Shown: piece by piece, positions 59,576 to 64,000 of the stretch
How the letters are laid out: each line of letters starts with the position of its first letter
Numbering within the stretch: position 1 is the first letter of the stretch
Origin: Vallitaleaceae bacterium
GTDB taxonomy: Bacteria > Bacillota > Clostridia > Lachnospirales > Vallitaleaceae
Assembly (NCBI GenBank): GCA_963677625.2
Contig: CAXXSW010000003.1
Coordinates: 25,594 to 89,593, forward strand
Reading direction: 5' to 3'
Length of the DNA: 64,000 nt
Notes under the pieces: model-generated
What the model was told of the DNA's origin: nothing
Database searches by the model: none
The model's input: the letters and a program-made list of their open reading frames with translations, nothing else
Made by a program: the position numbers and the translations under genes

Positions 59576-60482
59576 ATGTATCAGATATTCATCGACATAC
59601 TTTCACCTATTTTTTATGATTTTAGCAGGATATGGTATTCAAAAAAATTCAAGCTAGACTTAAGTCACTAAACAAAAGTCAGCTATATCTAATGATTCCA
59701 GCACTGATTTTCTACAAAATAGCAGTAGTCAACTAGAAGGGGACACTGTAGCACTAATCGTTGGCTTCACAGTTGTTGTTTTTTTCATACTCATGTTTAT
59801 AAGCACCCTCTTATCTAGAATGCTCGGTCTTGACAAAAAGAAAGAAAAGCTTTTGTCAATGCTATCACCCTACGAAACCAAGGTAATTTTGGTATCCCCC
59901 TAATGACTCTCCTCTATGGGTCAGTTGCAGGTGGTATGGATTGTCCATTCATATGGTTGTCTTATTGACCACAAACATACTCTTAAACACCTTTGGTCTT
60001 TATAATGCTAGCAGCGGTTCTTATACCAAAAAAGATGCCTTGCTAAAGTTCTTAAAATGCCTATGATATATGTGGTCATTCTTGGCTTTGTTTTTAAAAT
60101 TTTCTCACTGACTATACCAGGGCCCTAGAAGCCAGTATTTCAATCTGGGCTGACGGAGTTGTTCCTCTAGCCCTTTTCCACCTTAGGCGCTCAACTTGCA
60201 AACACAGACATTAAATTATCAGACAAGAGTCTTCCTGTAGCTGTCGGTATTGCGACTTGTATTTTCGCCAATAGTTGCCTGGATCCTGACTCTGGTTCTT
60301 GTATAACCGGAACAATGGCTGAAGTTCTTATCATAGGAGCTTCGGCTCCAACAGCTGTCAATAGCGTCCTATTTGCTATGGAATTCGAAGGTGATGCAGC
60401 CTACGCCTCTGAAACTGTCCTCCTAACAACACTCCTTAGTGCCGTTACTGTAACCCTGACCATCTTGCTGGTTAAAGGATAA
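59576..60482 (+). pseudogene. AEC (auxin efflux carrier) family transporter, many frameshifts as sequenced
   Basis: Fragments MYQIFIDILSPIF, MILAGYGIQ, LMIPALIFYK, LRNQGNFGIPLM, GASAPTAVNSVLFAMEFEGDA...TTLLSAVTVT in different frames. Confidence 0.8.
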
Positions 60483-60497
60483 TCATGGAAGGATTCC

Positions 60498-61033
60498 CTA
60501 CTTATATGCTTCCGGTTTCAAAACCCCAATAAAAGGGAGATTCCGGTAACGCTCTGCATAATCAATTCCATAACCAACAATAAACTTGTCCGGTATATTA
60601 AAGCCTTTGTATTTAACGTTGATAGATACTTTACGTCTTTCAGGCTTATCTAACAAGGTACAAAGAGTTATGGACTCGGCACCCCTAGACTCCAAATTTT
60701 TAGTTAAATAGCTTAAGGTCAACCCAGTGTCAATAATATCTTCTACTACCAACACATGCATACCCTTAATATCTTCATCAAGATCTTTAAGAATTTTAAC
60801 TGCTCCTGAACTTTCTGTTGAAGATCCATAACTTGAAATTGCCATGAATCAAGAATCACTGGAATTTTTATCTTCCTAATCAAGTCGGCCACAAATACAT
60901 TAGCACCTTTAAGGACGCCAATGATCAATAAGGGCTTACCAGCATAATCTTCATTTATCATTCCTGCAATTTCACTAACCTTATTCATTATATCTTCTTC
61001 TGAAATCAATACTTCCTTAACATCGTTTATCAT
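60498..61033 (-). pseudogene. hpt: Hypoxanthine phosphoribosyltransferase with one frameshift near 60850
   Basis: N-part ...IGVLKGANVFVADLIR and C-part AISSYGSST...[11 protein letters not shown]...[17 protein letters not shown]; one missing T in GATTTC (LDFM) restores the frame. Confidence 0.88.
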
Positions 61034-61057
61034 CTTTCTCTCCTATCTACCTAATAA

Positions 61058-62002
61058 TTATCGGATTAATTGTTTTGTCATATCTCTTAACCAATTGATA
61101 TTGTATTTTTTCAAGTCATCTTCAACCTGATCATAATGAACAATTTCTATATGTTCCCATAAATCTAGAAGCACTCTACGAAGCTGATAGTAATGGATAA
61201 ATCTATCATCTATATTAAAGCCTGGATTCAATTCCCCATAAATGCTCATAAAGTCTTGGTAGAATGGCTCTTGACGAAAAACATATAGGTCACCTTCTCT
61301 AGGACCTTTATGCAAACCTTCCCAGTCAATAATAACAAGTCCTTCTTCGATTCTCATAAGATTGCCTCCATGGGGATCAGAATGACAAAGAACTTGATTG
61401 ATTTCTTCTCCTTTAAGACTATCCGCCAAACCTTCAAGTTTACAAATACCTCTAACAAGGATATGAGTTATTGGTTCCATGATTTGGTGAAGTTCTCTAC
61501 CCGCCCTATAAAGGTCGTTTTCCAAAAAGAACCTTAGTCTACTGAGAAATAGAATCTGTGAACTAGGTTCAAAAACACTAGTAGCTTCAATATTTCTATA
61601 ATTATGTAGCTTTGAAATCGAAACTGCTAGACTTCTAATCTCTTCTTTAGTGAGGTCTTCATGAAAAAGATCCCTACCGTCAAGCCAATCAAAAAGCATA
61701 TAATAGTTAAAGGCATCATCAAAAACATAATGTCCCCCAACTCCACTTACCCACTTATTCATAGGGATTCCACAATCAGGATCTTCTCTTAACTTTTTCA
61801 GTATTTGCAAGTTATGCAATATATGGTCCACTGTTCTTCCTGTTGAACTTCGGTTCTTCTCATACACTTTTAAATAGTATGCTTGTTTATGAGTTGTAAC
61901 CCTATACCCTAAGGAGGTCCAGCCTCTAGGTCCTACTTGTATGGATTGAATCTTTATCCTATAACTTTTTTCAAGAAATAATTTCATAGCCGTCTTTTTC
62001 AT
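61058..62002 (-). CDS. Aminoglycoside phosphotransferase/choline kinase-like family protein
   Basis: YYLKVY, Brenner motif LCHSDPHGGN, IIDWE. Confidence 0.85.
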   Translation of the reverse strand: MKKTAMKLFLEKSYRIKIQSIQVGPRGWTSLGYRVTTHKQAYYLKVYEKNRSSTGRTVDHILHNLQILKKLREDPDCGIPMNKWVSGVGGHYVFDDAFNYYMLFDWLDGRDLFHEDLTKEEIRSLAVSISKLHNYRNIEATSVFEPSSQILFLSRLRFFLENDLYRAGRELHQIMEPITHILVRGICKLEGLADSLKGEEINQVLCHSDPHGGNLMRIEEGLVIIDWEGLHKGPREGDLYVFRQEPFYQDFMSIYGELNPGFNIDDRFIHYYQLRRVLLDLWEHIEIVHYDQVEDDLKKYNINWLRDMTKQLIR

Positions 62003-62268
62003 CGCTTGATTTGAAAGGTATGAAAGCCTTTATTTTCCTGACTCCATTCTTCCTCTATCCCTTCTATTTTCCCATAAGTAGGCCCTTTTTCCAAACATTT
62101 TATAAGTCTTTCCAATCTAGGTCTATCTCCTTCTGCGACAATTGTAACTGTTCCATCTATATTATTCATGACCCATCCAGTTAAACCCAGACCATCTGCC
62201 ATTTGCTTTGTAAAGTAACGAAAACCGACGCCTTGAACTCTACCATATACTATTAGTTGAACAGTCAT
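61999..62268 (-). CDS. acyP: Acylphosphatase
   Basis: GRVQGVGFRYF, GWVMNNIDGTV, GP. Confidence 0.95.
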   Translation of the reverse strand: MTVQLIVYGRVQGVGFRYFTKQMADGLGLTGWVMNNIDGTVTIVAEGDRPRLERLIKCLEKGPTYGKIEGIEEEWSQENKGFHTFQIKR

Positions 62269-62467
62269 ACAATCACCTCTTTCCCATCTCACCAAATTAT
62301 TATAACATAGACAGACCTATTTTTTTAACCCAAAACTTGTCATAACCTAGTCCTTATCTTACCTATTTGGGTCAATAAAAAAGACATTTCAATCCAATAC
62401 TCTTGTTATATATGAAACGATAGGATAGGATTAGAAGTAGAAAAACAAGATTTAGAGGAGGAAGATA

Positions 62468-62947
62468 ATGAGATTTCAAGTAAGACAACGTGTATTCAGT
62501 CTTGGTGACAGTTTCACTATACGGGACCAAGATGACAATGATTACTTTCAAGTGGTTGGTAGAGTCCTTAGCCTTGGTAACAAGCTGTCTCTCCAAGATA
62601 TGAATGGAACTGAACTTTATTTTATTGAACAAAAGCTATTAAAGCTTTTTGCTGAATATTCAATTTTGGAACATGGACAAGCTGTTGCAACCTGTAAACA
62701 ACGATTCGCTTTTTTGGGGAGTAAATTTGATATCACCAGCAAATATGGTAACTACGCCGTTGATGGACGTCCCATGAACTACAACTATAGTATCACCAAA
62801 AATGGCCGCACTGTAGCGACCATTGATAAACAATTCTTTAGTTTTAGCGATACTTATGGTGTTGAAATAGTCGATGATGAAGATTTCGCCTTTATCTTAT
62901 GCTTAGTCATTGTTATCGATCAAGTAGTACATAACAACAACAATTGA
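62468..62947 (+). CDS. LURP-one-related/Tubby C-2 (scramblase-like) family protein
   Basis: RQRVFSLGDSFTIRD, VATIDKQFFSFSDTYGVEI, LVIVID. Confidence 0.9.
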   Translation: MRFQVRQRVFSLGDSFTIRDQDDNDYFQVVGRVLSLGNKLSLQDMNGTELYFIEQKLLKLFAEYSILEHGQAVATCKQRFAFLGSKFDITSKYGNYAVDGRPMNYNYSITKNGRTVATIDKQFFSFSDTYGVEIVDDEDFAFILCLVIVIDQVVHNNNN

Positions 62948-62959
62948 TATACATCAAAA

Positions 62960-63355
62960 TTATATAACCGTCATACCTTTTGATTCAAGAGCCTGAACGG
63001 CTTGATCTATTTTTGTATGATCAAAGAAAATATAATCCGTATCAAAGGTAGATACTGCAAATATACTAATACCTGCATTAGACAAGGTTCCTGAAATTTC
63101 AGCCAATATACCAATTAGGTTGAAATCCAAGGGACCTTTTACCTTAAGTCCTACAAACCCCTTAAAAACTTCTCCACCTTGTAACTCCTCAATATGGTCA
63201 CCTATAAGTTCCTCATCTAGAACAAGAGACAACTCTTCATCCGTTCTTGTGATGGAAACAAACATTTCCCCTTGCAACCAAATAGGTATAGGTGCTTGTG
63301 GGTTAAGTTTCATTACTGCATATTTTTTAGTAAGTCTCATAAGTTTTATGTCCAT
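62960..63355 (-). CDS. ACT domain protein (CASTOR/ACT_7 type)
   Basis: FVSITRTDEELSLV, GPLDFNLIGILA, ISIFAVSTFDTDYI. Confidence 0.92.
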   Translation of the reverse strand: MDIKLMRLTKKYAVMKLNPQAPIPIWLQGEMFVSITRTDEELSLVLDEELIGDHIEELQGGEVFKGFVGLKVKGPLDFNLIGILAEISGTLSNAGISIFAVSTFDTDYIFFDHTKIDQAVQALESKGMTVI

Positions 63356-63369
63356 AGATTCTCCTTTAC

Positions 63370-63765
63370 CTAGTATGCATACCAGTCAATAATTGTCTTG
63401 AAATCCTGCCCCTGTAAATATGCTAAAACTACCTTAAAAGCGTTTTCAAGACTAACTGTATCCGAAGACGTAAGATGGACTTCTTCATTGCCCAAATCTT
63501 TAATAATTAGCTCATCGACAGTAGCCTTTTGTATGCTTGAATTACAAGATAGGATACAGTCACAGTCCTCATTTTCAGGTGTATAAATAAGAATGCTTTT
63601 GTCCTCCATACCTAAAGCAATTTCCATGTATCCTTCCTTTTCTTTCTCAACCACAACAAGCTGGTGGTTAAAATCGCCTGACATTCCAAGTTCTGTCAAC
63701 TTTTTCATCAATTCAATATGATTTTCATACTTCTCATCTTTATCTTGATATTTTAATGTATACAT
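63370..63765 (-). CDS. Hypothetical acidic protein, Imm1 immunity-family-like
   Basis: MEIALG...SILIY...ILS...VSLENAFKVVLAYL...IIDW ending pattern; start moved to ATG 63765 (GGAGGA RBS). Confidence 0.5.
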   Translation of the reverse strand: MYTLKYQDKDEKYENHIELMKKLTELGMSGDFNHQLVVVEKEKEGYMEIALGMEDKSILIYTPENEDCDCILSCNSSIQKATVDELIIKDLGNEEVHLTSSDTVSLENAFKVVLAYLQGQDFKTIIDWYAY

Positions 63766-63871
63766 GGCTTCCTCCACATTTACCAATAGTCTTGGGCAAG
63801 TTTATCCTGTAATGGGGTCTGAAAAACAGACCCCTTCACACACTTATCTATTAACAGGATTTGAATTCATC

Positions 63872-64000
63872 CTATTTAAATTCATATAAATTCAACCCAA
63901 CTTCTTTTGAAAACTCGCGATCAACTTGGCCTTCAATAACATCAATAATCACTTCACAAGTCCCACTAACATAAGCTTCATTCAAATGTCCACCATATGC
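63872..64000 (-). CDS. C-terminal end of a PPC-domain (DUF296) DNA-binding protein
   Basis: Own translation AYGGHLNEAYVSGTCEVIIDVIEGQVDREFSKEVGLNLYEFK*. Confidence 0.8.
   Translation of the reverse strand, partial: AYGGHLNEAYVSGTCEVIIDVIEGQVDREFSKEVGLNLYEFK

Noticed and set aside
60746-60860. Programmed ribosomal frameshift in hpt
   Set aside because: No slippery heptamer or stimulatory structure, and the shift belongs to a cluster of indels better explained by sequence error.
2287-63586. Numerous 60-150 aa opposite-strand or alternate-frame ORFs in the track (for example 50668-51129, 39740-40108, 30936-31265, 56852-57187)
   Set aside because: They lie wholly inside well-supported genes, lack RBSs and recognisable motifs, and are expected shadow ORFs.
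1-64000. rRNA, tRNA, prophage, integrase or transposase genes
   Set aside because: None recognised by eye; a tRNAscan/Infernal/ISfinder run would be needed to exclude short or degenerate copies.

Overview
A 64-kb low-GC chromosomal window from an anaerobic Firmicute (Clostridia-like gene content; RBS-supported starts, sigma-A promoters, a T-box). Most genes lie on the minus strand. No rRNA, tRNA, CRISPR array, prophage or transposase was recognised. Recognisable genes: the start of a NuoE/HydC-type hydrogenase subunit, helD, two OmpR-type two-component systems (one a complete BceRS/BceAB-like module), lrp-ald, a TetR-RND efflux unit, an AraC-linked four-gene sugar oxidoreductase/TIM-barrel cluster, a T-box-controlled MetRS2-type metG, a type II pantothenate kinase operon, trxA, ilvD, a DbpA-like helicase, several c-di-GMP enzymes, azoR, and a heavily frameshifted marR/AEC/hpt stretch that is probably a local sequencing artefact. 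The strongest unexplained signals are three. (1) A 73-aa basic ORF with a strong promoter and an intrinsic terminator inside its coding sequence, which is the non-stop regulatory architecture of the ribosome-rescue factors ArfA/BrfA. (2) A dispersed family of ~64-bp nested palindromes (3 full copies, 1 half copy) that always abut the U-tract of an intrinsic terminator and keep their inner stem geometry while its sequence changes. (3) A bacterial homologue of the human queuosine-tRNA mannosyltransferase GTDC1/QTMAN. All product calls come from motif recognition by eye; no database searches were run.
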